DNA of 64,000 nt from an uncultured archaeon (GTDB lineage Archaea > Asgardarchaeota > Thorarchaeia > Thorarchaeales > Thorarchaeaceae). The stretch covers positions 89,640 to 153,639 of the forward strand of contig CAYYQL010000003.1 in assembly GCA_964473825.1 (NCBI GenBank), given 5' to 3'. Shown here piece by piece: positions 29,455-38,665 of the stretch. The position numbers were made by a program, and so were the translations under genes. The stretch's first letter is position 1. Every line of letters begins with the position of its first letter. Under the pieces are notes generated by a model. The model made no database searches. It was not told the origin of the DNA and saw only the letters and a program-made list of their open reading frames with translations.

Positions 29455-29880
29455 TTAGGGGTTGTTTCCAAACTCATCTGTCACTCTTCGCAGCGACGAA
29501 CTGCTGAGTGACTTATCAACAAGATGAATCCCCTCCTCGGTGAGAGTTCCTTTGACGTAGAATCGGCCAGCGGACTGGATATAGCAGAGCCCTTTCTCCT
29601 TGAGCCTTCGAAGACTTGCCAGGACGATCTGAGTGAGCTCTTCATCAGTTAGTTGTGGCGTACCCGTGGGAGACTGTACAATCTCGGTCATCGTGAGAAC
29701 ATTCTTCATACTGGATAGTTGGCGCCTGTTGTTGTCGTATGGGTTGGAGTAGAGCCAGAGTAGAACTATCAGGTCCACTATACCCAAGCCGATGTCAGGG
29801 TTTCGGCGTAGCATCCTCTTTGCCACTAGTTCTACCATTGGCATTGTTTCACTTCTATTGTCTTCGGCAGTGCTATTCAC
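29455..29880 (-). CDS. Hypothetical protein, possible winged helix
   Basis: LASLRRLKEKGLCYI...KGTLTEEGI wing-like ending. Confidence 0.75.
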   Translation of the reverse strand: MNSTAEDNRSETMPMVELVAKRMLRRNPDIGLGIVDLIVLLWLYSNPYDNNRRQLSSMKNVLTMTEIVQSPTGTPQLTDEELTQIVLASLRRLKEKGLCYIQSAGRFYVKGTLTEEGIHLVDKSLSSSSLRRVTDEFGNNP

Positions 29881-30065
29881 CGTTCATTGTATGTTGGACG
29901 AACTTGAACACCAGAGAGTTGTCCTCCCAGGTAACGGTACTGGGTGGTCTCCGTCGTGGTCAGCGATGTTGTGTGAGGGACCAGCTCTCAATCATGGGCT
30001 GGAGGATATAAACTCTTACGCTGAAATGTCCACCTTTGTCCAAGTTTTCTGTAGCTGTTGGTGTA
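29881..30065. repeat. 185-nt structured non-coding element B, copy 1 (putative ncRNA/leader)
   Basis: 164/185 identical to 32638-32822 by manual alignment, no indels. Confidence 0.9.
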
Positions 30066-30074
30066 ACCATCGAG

Positions 30075-30791
30075 TCAGTCAATCAGACTCACTATGCCAG
30101 GTTCTGGCTGATATATATCACCGGAATTCATGAGCCGATCGAGGGAGGAGAACACCGAGTTCTCCGATATCGACTCCTTACTGTAGTGCTTGACAATCCT
30201 TCTTACAGGAAGGCGTCCGCCATGCTCTCTGAGCAGTCTTAGAATGCTCTTCGACACATCGACTTCTCGAGTAACGTCTTCCGAATTCTCCCCGGAGGTG
30301 CCAACCAGTTTCACCGACCAAGGACGCGGAAAAATGAGAATGCCACGGTTTCCGAGTTTAGTGAGCTGTTCTTCTACCCAGTCCCATTCGAGTTGATACT
30401 TGGAACTGAGTTCTTCTATTCGGTTCAGAGAGCAACTCTGTCTTCGAGCCTCCCGTTCTAGGAGTTTCATGAGTCTCTTTGTCTTGCCTGTTGGTAATTC
30501 TCGCCCCTCAGAATCGTCCGAGATGTCTCCAGCATCTATGGGCTCACTCGGGACAAGTTCGCGCACCCTATCCTTGGAGCGTTCCACCGCCTTCTTGAAT
30601 TCATCACTGCTGCCTGCGTTGAACTCTTTGGTTGCCTTTGTGGCTGCGTGTTGATCATCGAACATTGCAACCGATGCCTTTGAGATGTCGATAAGCTTAC
30701 CACAATAGCTACATCTTCTGCGCTTCTGGCCCACCGGCGCATTGGTGAATCGATGGCATTTGGGACACATGAATACAAAGAACGGCTTCAC
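30075..30791 (-). CDS. DUF1922-like Zn-ribbon plus winged-helix protein
   Basis: CPKC...RCSYCG; two wHTH-like units ending GILIFPRP and GDIYQPEPG. Confidence 0.75.
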   Translation of the reverse strand: MKPFFVFMCPKCHRFTNAPVGQKRRRCSYCGKLIDISKASVAMFDDQHAATKATKEFNAGSSDEFKKAVERSKDRVRELVPSEPIDAGDISDDSEGRELPTGKTKRLMKLLEREARRQSCSLNRIEELSSKYQLEWDWVEEQLTKLGNRGILIFPRPWSVKLVGTSGENSEDVTREVDVSKSILRLLREHGGRLPVRRIVKHYSKESISENSVFSSLDRLMNSGDIYQPEPGIVSLID

Positions 30792-30908
30792 CCAGTTTCA
30801 CCTAGCTCGTTACTTCATCAGCGTAGACGGTATATAACCAGTACTCTCCATGAACACATGAATAGCATTATATCGTAGAGACCAGGCGTGCCCCCTTGAG
30901 GCTGAAGC

Positions 30909-31127
30909 ATGGCACGGAAGGCAAAGCGAATTGTAATTGCCGCTGAACTCTGCAAGGGTTGTCATATCTGTATATCGGCATGTCCCTTTGGAGTGCTGAA
31001 GAAGGGGGATAAGGTGGACAACAGGGGTTTCTATTTGCCAGAGGTCAGCGACATTGATGCATGCAGAGTGTGTCGACTTTGCGAAATGGAGTGTCCAGAC
31101 TTCGCAATCACGGTAGTTGAGGACTGA
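30909..31127 (+). CDS. 2x[4Fe-4S] ferredoxin (2-oxoacid oxidoreductase delta-like)
   Basis: CKGCHICISACP, CRVCRLCEMECPDFAI. Confidence 0.92.
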   Translation: MARKAKRIVIAAELCKGCHICISACPFGVLKKGDKVDNRGFYLPEVSDIDACRVCRLCEMECPDFAITVVED

Positions 31128-31233
31128 TTCTGACTGACTTCATTCCACGAATAAAATATGGAGTCAAATAATACACAGGGTAATATAACACCGGATTCAT
31201 TGAGATACGAGTTCAGACCATCGAAGGTGCGGA

Positions 31234-31800
31234 TTGTTGAGTGATAGCAGAGTCAGGATGTTACTGGAACTGCGGAGGGAGCTTGAGGACGAGCTTGAGA
31301 AGCTAAAGGAGAGAATCCAGCAACTCGAGAGTTACACCAAAGCACTTGACGCCACAATTGGAGCGAGTAGTTTCTCAACAGCACAGGCTGCGTTGGCAGC
31401 TGAAGAACCTGAGCAGAGGGATATCATGGAGGAGGTTCCGTCCAAGGGGCCCCGGACTCTAGGGATCAAGCACAAGTCGAAGGACCTAGAACTTGCCACC
31501 ATGCAGGTCACAGAGGATGAGATAGCAATCACCCCGGCCCCTCACGCATTGTATGATATCAAGCGAGGAGCATTCGCCAGATTCTTTGTGGAAAGAATCC
31601 TGGGCGGTTTTCAACAGGAGGACAAACATCGTGTGGAAAATGGGGAAATAGAATGGGAGGATTCTTTCGATTTTGATATCCAAGCGGAGGACAGCATTCT
31701 CCAGGGAATCTTCATCCGCAACTACGGGGGAGAGGAACGACTGGAAGAAATTCGGAATGCACTAAGATGGGCACTTGAAAAGACATATCGTCCACGCTAG
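31234..31800 (+). CDS. Conserved-looking hypothetical protein (N-terminal coiled coil)
   Basis: Coiled coil then NYGGEERLEEIRNALRWALEK. Confidence 0.8.
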   Translation: MLSDSRVRMLLELRRELEDELEKLKERIQQLESYTKALDATIGASSFSTAQAALAAEEPEQRDIMEEVPSKGPRTLGIKHKSKDLELATMQVTEDEIAITPAPHALYDIKRGAFARFFVERILGGFQQEDKHRVENGEIEWEDSFDFDIQAEDSILQGIFIRNYGGEERLEEIRNALRWALEKTYRPR

Positions 31801-31913
31801 ACAGCAGGGCAAAAAGGCGCGTTCTACACTTACCTCAGTTTCCGATGCAAAACGGATATATCCTTGGCAACTGAAACGTTTGTTGCCTATGTTGACACGA
31901 AGGAGAGGTAGCA

Positions 31914-32540
31914 GTGCATTACGATGACGAGGCGCATCCCGGATTCAACCCCCACGACGTGGTTAATATCGTACGAGATGCGCACGAGTATTTCAAGGAG
32001 AGTAATGTCGATGAACGATATGAGGCAGTGGCCTTAGATCTCATCCGGAGGTATGTGTCAACAGAGGGAAGGCCACGGGAACTTGAACCACTCTATGCAG
32101 CCTCTCTTTACTTGGTGACTCGACATCCCTGGAGCCACCCCAACCCCCTCACAAGAACCGAGTTCGCCAGTAAACTCCGGATCAAAGAGTCGAGTTTAGA
32201 GTGGTATACTGAGTCTATCATTGAGAAGCTTGGATTCGAGGTCTTTCATGACCATGGCCAGCTACCTTTCTACATAGACCCAAGAGGAACTATCTCGAGT
32301 GTCATTAACTCCGTGGTAAGGACGAGTGTAAGCGAAGAAGTGGTCTTGGGTATTGTGAGAGGGGGGGCTGTGGCACCAAGTGCGCTCGCAGAAAGAATAG
32401 TGGAACGCCTCTGCAGAATCGTGAAGATTCTTCCAAATGCCTTCGAGAGAGATTTGTTCACAATAGTAGAGAAGAAGATAGAAGAACAGAGTGGGCGACT
32501 ACTTGCTGAGCTAAAGCAAGGTGCAGCAATGGGACTCTAG
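31914..32540 (+). CDS. Hypothetical protein with a TFB-like cyclin repeat
   Basis: GRPRELEPLYAASLYLVTR...LTRTEFASKLRIKESSL resembles the GR..AAAIY...TQREIA repeat of the tfb in this window. Confidence 0.6.
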   Translation: MHYDDEAHPGFNPHDVVNIVRDAHEYFKESNVDERYEAVALDLIRRYVSTEGRPRELEPLYAASLYLVTRHPWSHPNPLTRTEFASKLRIKESSLEWYTESIIEKLGFEVFHDHGQLPFYIDPRGTISSVINSVVRTSVSEEVVLGIVRGGAVAPSALAERIVERLCRIVKILPNAFERDLFTIVEKKIEEQSGRLLAELKQGAAMGL

Positions 32541-32637
32541 CTAATCCGAGTGGTCAACACCGCGTGGACTCAACAGTCAGACCGTAACTCAGACGGAATA
32601 TTTGGCATCGGATTCGGTGTCTGGTTCTAAGAGGAAT

Positions 32638-32822
32638 CGTTCATTGTATGTTGGACAGACTTAGACACCGGAGAGATGTTCCCCCGGGTAACGGCGTTGG
32701 GTGTTTTCCGTCGTGGTCAGCGATGCTGTGTGAGTGACCAGCTCTCAATCATGGGCTGGAGGATATAGACTCCTATGCTGAGATGTCCAACTTTGTCCAA
32801 GTTTTCTGTAGCTGTTGGTGTA
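32638..32822. repeat. 185-nt structured non-coding element B, copy 2
   Basis: Direct repeat of 29881-30065. Confidence 0.9.
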
Positions 32823-33087
32823 CCCTATATGTAAGATTCTTGCCTTCTGGATGTGGCAATTGGTAATGTTTAAATGTGAACTATTTTGGCATCTGAGTGT
32901 CGCTCTCTGATAGTGACTGTTCGGAACGGAAGGAAGCAGTGCAGGTTCTTGATTCTGCTCGCGGAAGTGGCCTGTATACGTGTGCCGGAGGTTCTGGGTA
33001 GCCATTGAGGGTGCCATGATGAGGAGACTACCTACCAATAGCGGAAGGTGAGCTTTTCATAGGTCACAAGACCAGAAGTGAGGTACC

Positions 33088-33552
33088 ATGCCGTCGTACA
33101 GATACAGCATAATTGGCATTGACCCGGACAGGACTGCCATAGCCAGCGGAAGAAACATGCGATGTTCGCCAAAACATGCGAGAGAAGTGTGTGAGGCCAT
33201 TCGTGGCATGATGCTCGATAAGGCGATTGAGTTGCTTGAGGAAGTCATTGAGGAGAAGGCATGGATTCCGTACAAGCGCCACAAGAAGAAGAGAGCGCAT
33301 CATTCTGGCATGAAGAAATGGCATACTGGTGGCCATCCAGTGAAGGCATCCCAGAGAATTCTGAGAGTGCTGAGAAATGCAGAGGCCAACGCAGACAACA
33401 AGGGTCTAGACATTGATCGTCTGAGAATTATGCATGCCGCAGCTCACAGAGGCAGGACATACAAGAAGTATATCGAACGCGCCTTTGGGCGGAGTACCCC
33501 CTATAACGAGAATACAACACATGTGGAGATTGTTCTAGAAGAGGTGTCATAG
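33088..33552 (+). CDS. rpl22: Ribosomal protein uL22
   Basis: SPKHAREVCEAIRGM, NAEANADNKGLD, RAFGRSTP. Confidence 0.97.
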   Translation: MPSYRYSIIGIDPDRTAIASGRNMRCSPKHAREVCEAIRGMMLDKAIELLEEVIEEKAWIPYKRHKKKRAHHSGMKKWHTGGHPVKASQRILRVLRNAEANADNKGLDIDRLRIMHAAAHRGRTYKKYIERAFGRSTPYNENTTHVEIVLEEVS

Positions 33553-34464
33553 TTGTCGGCAGTTAAGTACTTCATCGAACGCAACACTCGCAAGCTAGCT
33601 CTTGATGAATTTCTGAACCGTGAGCTCAACGCTGCAGGTTATGGTGGCCTTGAGATTCGGAAGATGCCCATGAGGACAGAGGTAGTGATTTACTCCTCTC
33701 GTCCAGGTGTCGTTATCGGACGCAGAGGGTCCAAGGTTCGTGAATTGACTTACATACTTGAAACAGAATTCGGTATAGAGAACATTCAGATCGAGGTCAG
33801 TGAGATTGAGAATCCTTGGCTCAATGCTCAGGTTATGGCCTCTAGACTGGCAAGACAGCTTGAACGAGGCGTTCGCTTCCGTAGAATGGCTTACTGGATT
33901 CTAAGGCGGATTATGCGTGCAGGCGCTCTTGGCTGTGAGATTGTTGTGAAGGGCAAGTTATCCAGTCGTAGAGGACGGTACCAGAAGTTTAAGCAATCCA
34001 CCGTTGCAAAGACTGGAGAACCTGCTGACACATTCGTTGATTCGTCCTATGATAAGGCTGTTCTCAAACCTGGTGTTACTGGCATCAAGGTCAGCATAAT
34101 GAAACCCGGCGCCAAACTGCCTGGTGTTGTTCATGTGAAGAAACCAAAGCACAGAGAGGAGCCAGAACCACAACTTCTCAAAGAACCTACAGAAGAAGAG
34201 GAACCTGACGAAGAGGCTGTTGAGGAAGGCCTTGAGGGAATCACTGACATGGATGAACTTCGCGAGTTAGAAGAGCTTGACGCTTTGGAGCTTGTTGAGG
34301 ATGCTGAACTGGAGGCAGAACAGCGTGAGACTCCGCCGCCAAAGCCAGAGGAAACCTCAGACGACACTCCTGACCAAGAGGCGCCTTCAGAGGAGGCCCC
34401 CTCTGTTGATCTGGAAGAACTAGAAGAGCTTGACGACCTTGATACCGAAGGAGAGGATGAATAA
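33553..34464 (+). CDS. rps3: Ribosomal protein uS3 with acidic tail
   Basis: RPGVVIGRRG, LERGVRFRR, GCEIVVKGKL. Confidence 0.96.
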   Translation: MSAVKYFIERNTRKLALDEFLNRELNAAGYGGLEIRKMPMRTEVVIYSSRPGVVIGRRGSKVRELTYILETEFGIENIQIEVSEIENPWLNAQVMASRLARQLERGVRFRRMAYWILRRIMRAGALGCEIVVKGKLSSRRGRYQKFKQSTVAKTGEPADTFVDSSYDKAVLKPGVTGIKVSIMKPGAKLPGVVHVKKPKHREEPEPQLLKEPTEEEEPDEEAVEEGLEGITDMDELRELEELDALELVEDAELEAEQRETPPPKPEETSDDTPDQEAPSEEAPSVDLEELEELDDLDTEGEDE

Positions 34465-34676
34465 TGGCTCGGTTGACTCCGCGAGACATCCGCAATTTGA
34501 CTCCAGAAGAGAGATCCAAGCGCTTAGAGGATCTCTACAACGAACTATCCACCATTAGGATAGAACTGGCAACAGGAGGCGGCAGTGAGAATCCATATAG
34601 AATTCGAGCCATACGGCGAGCCATTGCACGAATTCTTACGATTCAGAGAGAAGTGGAACTGGAGGGCGAAAGATGA
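34464..34676 (+). CDS. rpl29: Ribosomal protein uL29
   Basis: ENPYRIRAIRRAIARILT. Confidence 0.95.
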   Translation: MARLTPRDIRNLTPEERSKRLEDLYNELSTIRIELATGGGSENPYRIRAIRRAIARILTIQREVELEGER

Positions 34677-34954
34677 TCACACCTGAGAGTCTTGTTCAGC
34701 ATGAACTTGTCGGACTTCATCTGCATATAGTGGAGTCAACTGACCCCACTTGCATTTGTCGTGCAGGCACAGTCGTAAATGAGTCAAGGAATATGCTGTA
34801 CATTCGCACACCGGAGAACCTGATTCGAGTTGCAAAGAATCAGAGCGTATTCGAAATCGAGTTACCCAATAAGAAAATTGTGAGGGTTGATGGACGACTG
34901 CTTGAAGGCCGTCCAGAGCAACGTCTGAAGAAACCCCTCGATAGGAGATGGTAA
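34673..34954 (+). CDS. rnp1: RNase P protein Rpp29
   Basis: HELVGL, GTVVNESRN, VDGRLLEGRPEQRLK. Confidence 0.93.
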   Translation: MITPESLVQHELVGLHLHIVESTDPTCICRAGTVVNESRNMLYIRTPENLIRVAKNQSVFEIELPNKKIVRVDGRLLEGRPEQRLKKPLDRRW

Positions 34955-35313
34955 TGATGGCTGACAAGAAACAGAAAGTTCGCAACATAGGTATCCCGAA
35001 TGTGGAACCTCCTGAGAAGGTGTGTGATGATCCACTCTGTCCATTCCACGGCAGTCTCCCTGTCAGAGGCCGCATCATGGAGGGCACGGTCACCAGCACG
35101 AAGATGCATAATGCAATCACATTTCAGACAGACTACCTTGGTCTTGTGAAGAAGTACTCCAGATACGAACGACGTCGGTCCAAGAAACACGCACACTTGC
35201 CTGATTGTATCGATGTTCAGATGGGCGACTCAGTGAAGGTGGTTGAATGTCGTCCGATAAGTAAGACAATCTCATGTGTTGTTGTTTCCGCTTGGAAGCC
35301 CGAGGAGGAATAG
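34948..35313 (+). CDS. rps17: Ribosomal protein uS17
   Basis: CDDPLCPFHG, KYSRYERR, ECRPISKT. Confidence 0.97.
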   Translation: MVMMADKKQKVRNIGIPNVEPPEKVCDDPLCPFHGSLPVRGRIMEGTVTSTKMHNAITFQTDYLGLVKKYSRYERRRSKKHAHLPDCIDVQMGDSVKVVECRPISKTISCVVVSAWKPEEE

Positions 35314-35316
35314 AAC

Positions 35317-35739
35317 ATGTCGCGTAAAGTTGGTAGAGGAATTCGGAAATTTGTTCCTAGGATAGCACGTGGCCTTCCCATAGGGGCCAAAGTGATATGC
35401 GCAGATAACTCTGGTGCAAAAGTATTGCGGATACTAACAGTACTTGGTTACAAAGGCAAACTCAGGAAGATTGGGAAAGCCGGCGTTGGCGATTGTGTCA
35501 ATGTATCAGTTCTGAAAGGCAAACAGGATCTCAGAAAGCAGGTGTTGCAGGCTGTGATTGTCAGGCAGAAACAGTCCTACAGACGACCTGATGGAAGTTG
35601 GATGCAGTTTGAGGACAACGCGGCCGTTCTGATCAAGCCTGGTGGAGAACCGCAGGGCTCAGAGCTTCGAGGACCTATGGCGAGAGAAGTGACTCTGAAG
35701 TGGCCAAGGGTGGCAGCTATTGCATCGAAGATTGTGTGA
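35317..35739 (+). CDS. rpl14: Ribosomal protein uL14
   Basis: CADNSGAK, FEDNAAV. Confidence 0.97.
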   Translation: MSRKVGRGIRKFVPRIARGLPIGAKVICADNSGAKVLRILTVLGYKGKLRKIGKAGVGDCVNVSVLKGKQDLRKQVLQAVIVRQKQSYRRPDGSWMQFEDNAAVLIKPGGEPQGSELRGPMAREVTLKWPRVAAIASKIV

Positions 35740-35744
35740 GGTTG

Positions 35745-36137
35745 ATGATATTGACAAAGAAAACCAGTCCAAAATCTCCCCGCAAGCAGAGAAGACGAAT
35801 TCACAAGTCGCCACTGCACGCTCACAAGAACATGTTGAGGTGTAGACTTGATGAGTTCCTGCAAGAAGAGCATGGATTTCGGTCTTTACTGGTCAAGAAG
35901 GGTGATCTGGTTCGTGTTATGAGGGGCCAATTCCGAGAGATTGAGGGGAAAGTAACTCGTGTGGACTATAGTGCTGTCAGAGTATACATTGATGCGGCCA
36001 GCATCACTAAGGCTGATGGCAAAGAAGCTCCCATACCCATCCATCCGTCAAACCTCAAGATTGTGAAATTGGAGCTGGATGACGAGAGAAAGAAGCGTAT
36101 CGAACAGAAGATGATTGAATCTGTGGAGGCAGAGTGA
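35745..36137 (+). CDS. rpl24: Ribosomal protein uL24
   Basis: PRKQRR, KGDLVRVMRG, IHPSNL. Confidence 0.96.
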   Translation: MILTKKTSPKSPRKQRRRIHKSPLHAHKNMLRCRLDEFLQEEHGFRSLLVKKGDLVRVMRGQFREIEGKVTRVDYSAVRVYIDAASITKADGKEAPIPIHPSNLKIVKLELDDERKKRIEQKMIESVEAE

Positions 36138-36138
36138 A

Positions 36139-36894
36139 ATGGCGAGAAGAGGTCAAAAGAAGCATCTCAAGCGACTACCTGCACCGAAGCATTGGCCAAT
36201 CAAGAGGAAACACGGAAAGTTCACAACCCGGACTATTCCTGGACCGCATCCTAAGGAAGAATCGCTAACTCTGGCTATATTACTCCGGGAAGTTCTAGGA
36301 TACGCTGAAACCATGAGAGAGGTAAAGACCATTCTATCTGGCGGACAGGTCATGATAGATGGGCGGGTTCGGAAAGATCCCAGATACCCTGTTGGAGTCA
36401 TGGATGTAATTCGGATTGAGTCCTCCAACGAGTTATTTAGGCTGCTCCCAAAGGTTCGTGGCGGCCTGAGACTTGTGAGTATTGATGAGTCAGAGGCATC
36501 ATTCAAACTATGCCGCATTGAGAAGAAGATGATGGTTCCTGGAGGCAGACTGCAGCTGACACTTCATGATGGAAGAAACATCCTTCTTCCTGAAGGAAGC
36601 AAGTCCTCAGATTTCAATACCCTTGATACAGTAAAGATTGGCGTTCCAGATCAGGACTACATGTCCACCATACCACTCGAGAAGGCTGTCTATGCCGTAG
36701 TCAGCCGTGGTAAGAACGTAGGTATCGAAGGTAAGATAGTATCCATTGAACGCCGTTTCGGATCTCATGCCAGTATAGTCAGGCTTCAGGATGCTGAGGG
36801 CAACCAGGTCCAGACTGCTCTTGAGTATATATTCGTCCTTGGAAAGGATCAGCCCGAAGTTTCTCTTGCTTCAATCGGAGGTGCTGCTGAATGA
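36139..36894 (+). CDS. rps4e: Ribosomal protein eS4
   Basis: KHLKRLPAP, PGPH, YPVGVMDVI, LHDGRN. Confidence 0.97.
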   Translation: MARRGQKKHLKRLPAPKHWPIKRKHGKFTTRTIPGPHPKEESLTLAILLREVLGYAETMREVKTILSGGQVMIDGRVRKDPRYPVGVMDVIRIESSNELFRLLPKVRGGLRLVSIDESEASFKLCRIEKKMMVPGGRLQLTLHDGRNILLPEGSKSSDFNTLDTVKIGVPDQDYMSTIPLEKAVYAVVSRGKNVGIEGKIVSIERRFGSHASIVRLQDAEGNQVQTALEYIFVLGKDQPEVSLASIGGAAE

Positions 36895-37484
36895 GCTCAA
36901 GTCCAGACGAATTGACACCAAATCAGGAAGTAATCTTGGAGGAATGGGAATCAACTCCCATGCGGCAACCGTTCATATCCAAGGTTGTCGTTGATATTTG
37001 TACTGGAGGCGGTGATGATCTTAACAGAGCTGCCACCATACTAGAGAATATTACCGGTCAGAAGCCTGCACAGTCGCGGGCCAAACAGACCGTAAGAGAA
37101 TTCGGCATTAGACGGAAAGAGGCAATCGCCGTCAGAGTGACACTTCGTCACGAAAAAGCGATTGACTTCCTCAAGAGAACACTTGAGGCGAAAGAAAAGA
37201 CCTTACTGATTCGCAACTGGGACGAATCCGGTAATTTTGCCTTTGGAATAAGCGAACATATCGACATTTCCGGTGTGAAATACGACCCGAATCTTGGTAT
37301 TCAGGGCATGAATGTCACTGTCTGTGTCGAACGCCCAGGTTACAGAGTGAAGAAACGAAGAAGAAGAAACGCTAGAATCCCGTATAGGCACAGGGTCACA
37401 CCCGAAGAGAGTATGGTTTTCATCAAAGCGGAGTTCGGAGTTGAGATCCTTGAGAAGGAGCGAGAACGCACCTATCTGTTTTGA
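36891..37484 (+). CDS. rpl5: Ribosomal protein uL5
   Basis: FGIRRKEAIAVRVTLR, GNFAFGISEHID, YDPNLGI. Confidence 0.97.
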   Translation: MSSSPDELTPNQEVILEEWESTPMRQPFISKVVVDICTGGGDDLNRAATILENITGQKPAQSRAKQTVREFGIRRKEAIAVRVTLRHEKAIDFLKRTLEAKEKTLLIRNWDESGNFAFGISEHIDISGVKYDPNLGIQGMNVTVCVERPGYRVKKRRRRNARIPYRHRVTPEESMVFIKAEFGVEILEKERERTYLF

Positions 37485-37492
37485 GGTGATCC

Positions 37493-37669
37493 ATGATGAG
37501 TAAATCGAGCAAAGATTCTGATAAGAAGCGCAAGAAAATGGGCAAAGGCAGTAGAAGATGTATACGCTGTGGAACTCACCAAGGAATCATCCGCTCCTAC
37601 GGATTGAACATATGCCGGCGCTGTTTCAGAGAAACGGCTGAGAAGCTGGGATTTCGGAAGTATAGCTAG
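37493..37669 (+). CDS. rps14: Ribosomal protein uS14 (58 aa, below ORF-track cutoff)
   Basis: Own translation: [11 protein letters not shown]...[23 protein letters not shown]. Confidence 0.97.
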   Translation: MMSKSSKDSDKKRKKMGKGSRRCIRCGTHQGIIRSYGLNICRRCFRETAEKLGFRKYS

Positions 37670-37683
37670 GAGGTATCGAGAGA

Positions 37684-38076
37684 ATGACACTACTAGACCC
37701 ACTGGCAGATGCAATGTCTACTATCCATAACAGTGAACTTGTGGGCAAACCAGAGGTTGTTGTCAGACCTGCATCAAGCCTGATCGAACGTGTATTGCGT
37801 GTCATGCAGTCAAGGGGTTACATCGGTGAATTCGAGAAGATTGATGATGGAAAGGCCGGAAGATTGAGAATTCAACTCATGGGCCGCACAAACAAATGTG
37901 GAGTCATCAAGCCAAGATTGCCTGTGAGACGTGACGGGTTTGAGAGATTCGAGAAGAGATTCCTCCCGGCGTACAACTTCGGGATTCTAATCGTGACTAC
38001 TCCGCAAGGAGTAATGACCCATGAAGAGGCAAAGCGTCGTGGAATTGGTGGCAGACTGCTGGCTTACGTGTACTAG
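37684..38076 (+). CDS. rps8: Ribosomal protein uS8
   Basis: [23 protein letters not shown]. Confidence 0.97.
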   Translation: MTLLDPLADAMSTIHNSELVGKPEVVVRPASSLIERVLRVMQSRGYIGEFEKIDDGKAGRLRIQLMGRTNKCGVIKPRLPVRRDGFERFEKRFLPAYNFGILIVTTPQGVMTHEEAKRRGIGGRLLAYVY

Positions 38077-38087
38077 GAGGTTACAAG

Positions 38088-38654
38088 ATGTCCAAAACAG
38101 ACTCACTGTATGAACAACGGATAGAGATTCCGGATGAAGTTCAAGTAGAGGTAGATGGGAAGACCGTCAAGGTCAGCGGCCCCAAGGGGACACTTGAAAG
38201 AAGATTTCCTGAACCACAGACTGTCATTGACTTGGAAGGTAACGAGTTAGTTGCAGGAACCCCCATCGCAAGAAAACACACAAAGGCTCTGGTCGGAACA
38301 GTGGTTGCTCATGTACGAAACATGATTGTTGGAGTAGTACACGGGTATACCTACGAGATGAAAGTGGTATACTCGCACTTCCCAATCAACGTCGAGATTC
38401 ATGGCGATGAGGTATGGATTAAGAACTTCATCGGAGAGCGAGGAACGAGAAAAGCTCGGATTATGGGTGACGCGGATGTCAAGGCCCTTGAGGACGAAGT
38501 GATAATCGATGGGATAGACATCGAGGACGTTTCTCAGACTGCAGCTAATATACAACTGGCCTGTAACATCCCTGACAAAGATCGTCGAATATTCCTTGAC
38601 GGGATATACGTCATCAAGAAGCGAAAAGGCGAACATGTGAAATCAATTGTCTAG
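38088..38654 (+). CDS. rpl6: Ribosomal protein uL6
   Basis: YSHFPINV, NFIGER, DRRIFLDGIY. Confidence 0.97.
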   Translation: MSKTDSLYEQRIEIPDEVQVEVDGKTVKVSGPKGTLERRFPEPQTVIDLEGNELVAGTPIARKHTKALVGTVVAHVRNMIVGVVHGYTYEMKVVYSHFPINVEIHGDEVWIKNFIGERGTRKARIMGDADVKALEDEVIIDGIDIEDVSQTAANIQLACNIPDKDRRIFLDGIYVIKKRKGEHVKSIV

Positions 38655-38665
38655 GAGGCCACAGA

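Noticed and set aside
29881-32822. Diversity-generating retroelement TR/VR pair
   Set aside because: Mismatches are not adenine-specific on either strand, neither copy is at the 3' end of a CDS, and there is no reverse transcriptase in the window
32648-32866. Selenoprotein read through TGA in element B copy 2 (...MLCE-U-PAL...)
   Set aside because: No redox motif, copy 1 has Gly rather than Cys there, and most differences are non-synonymous
32889-33016. 5S rRNA or SRP RNA
   Set aside because: GGAACGGAAG only superficially resembles them; other conserved motifs are missing
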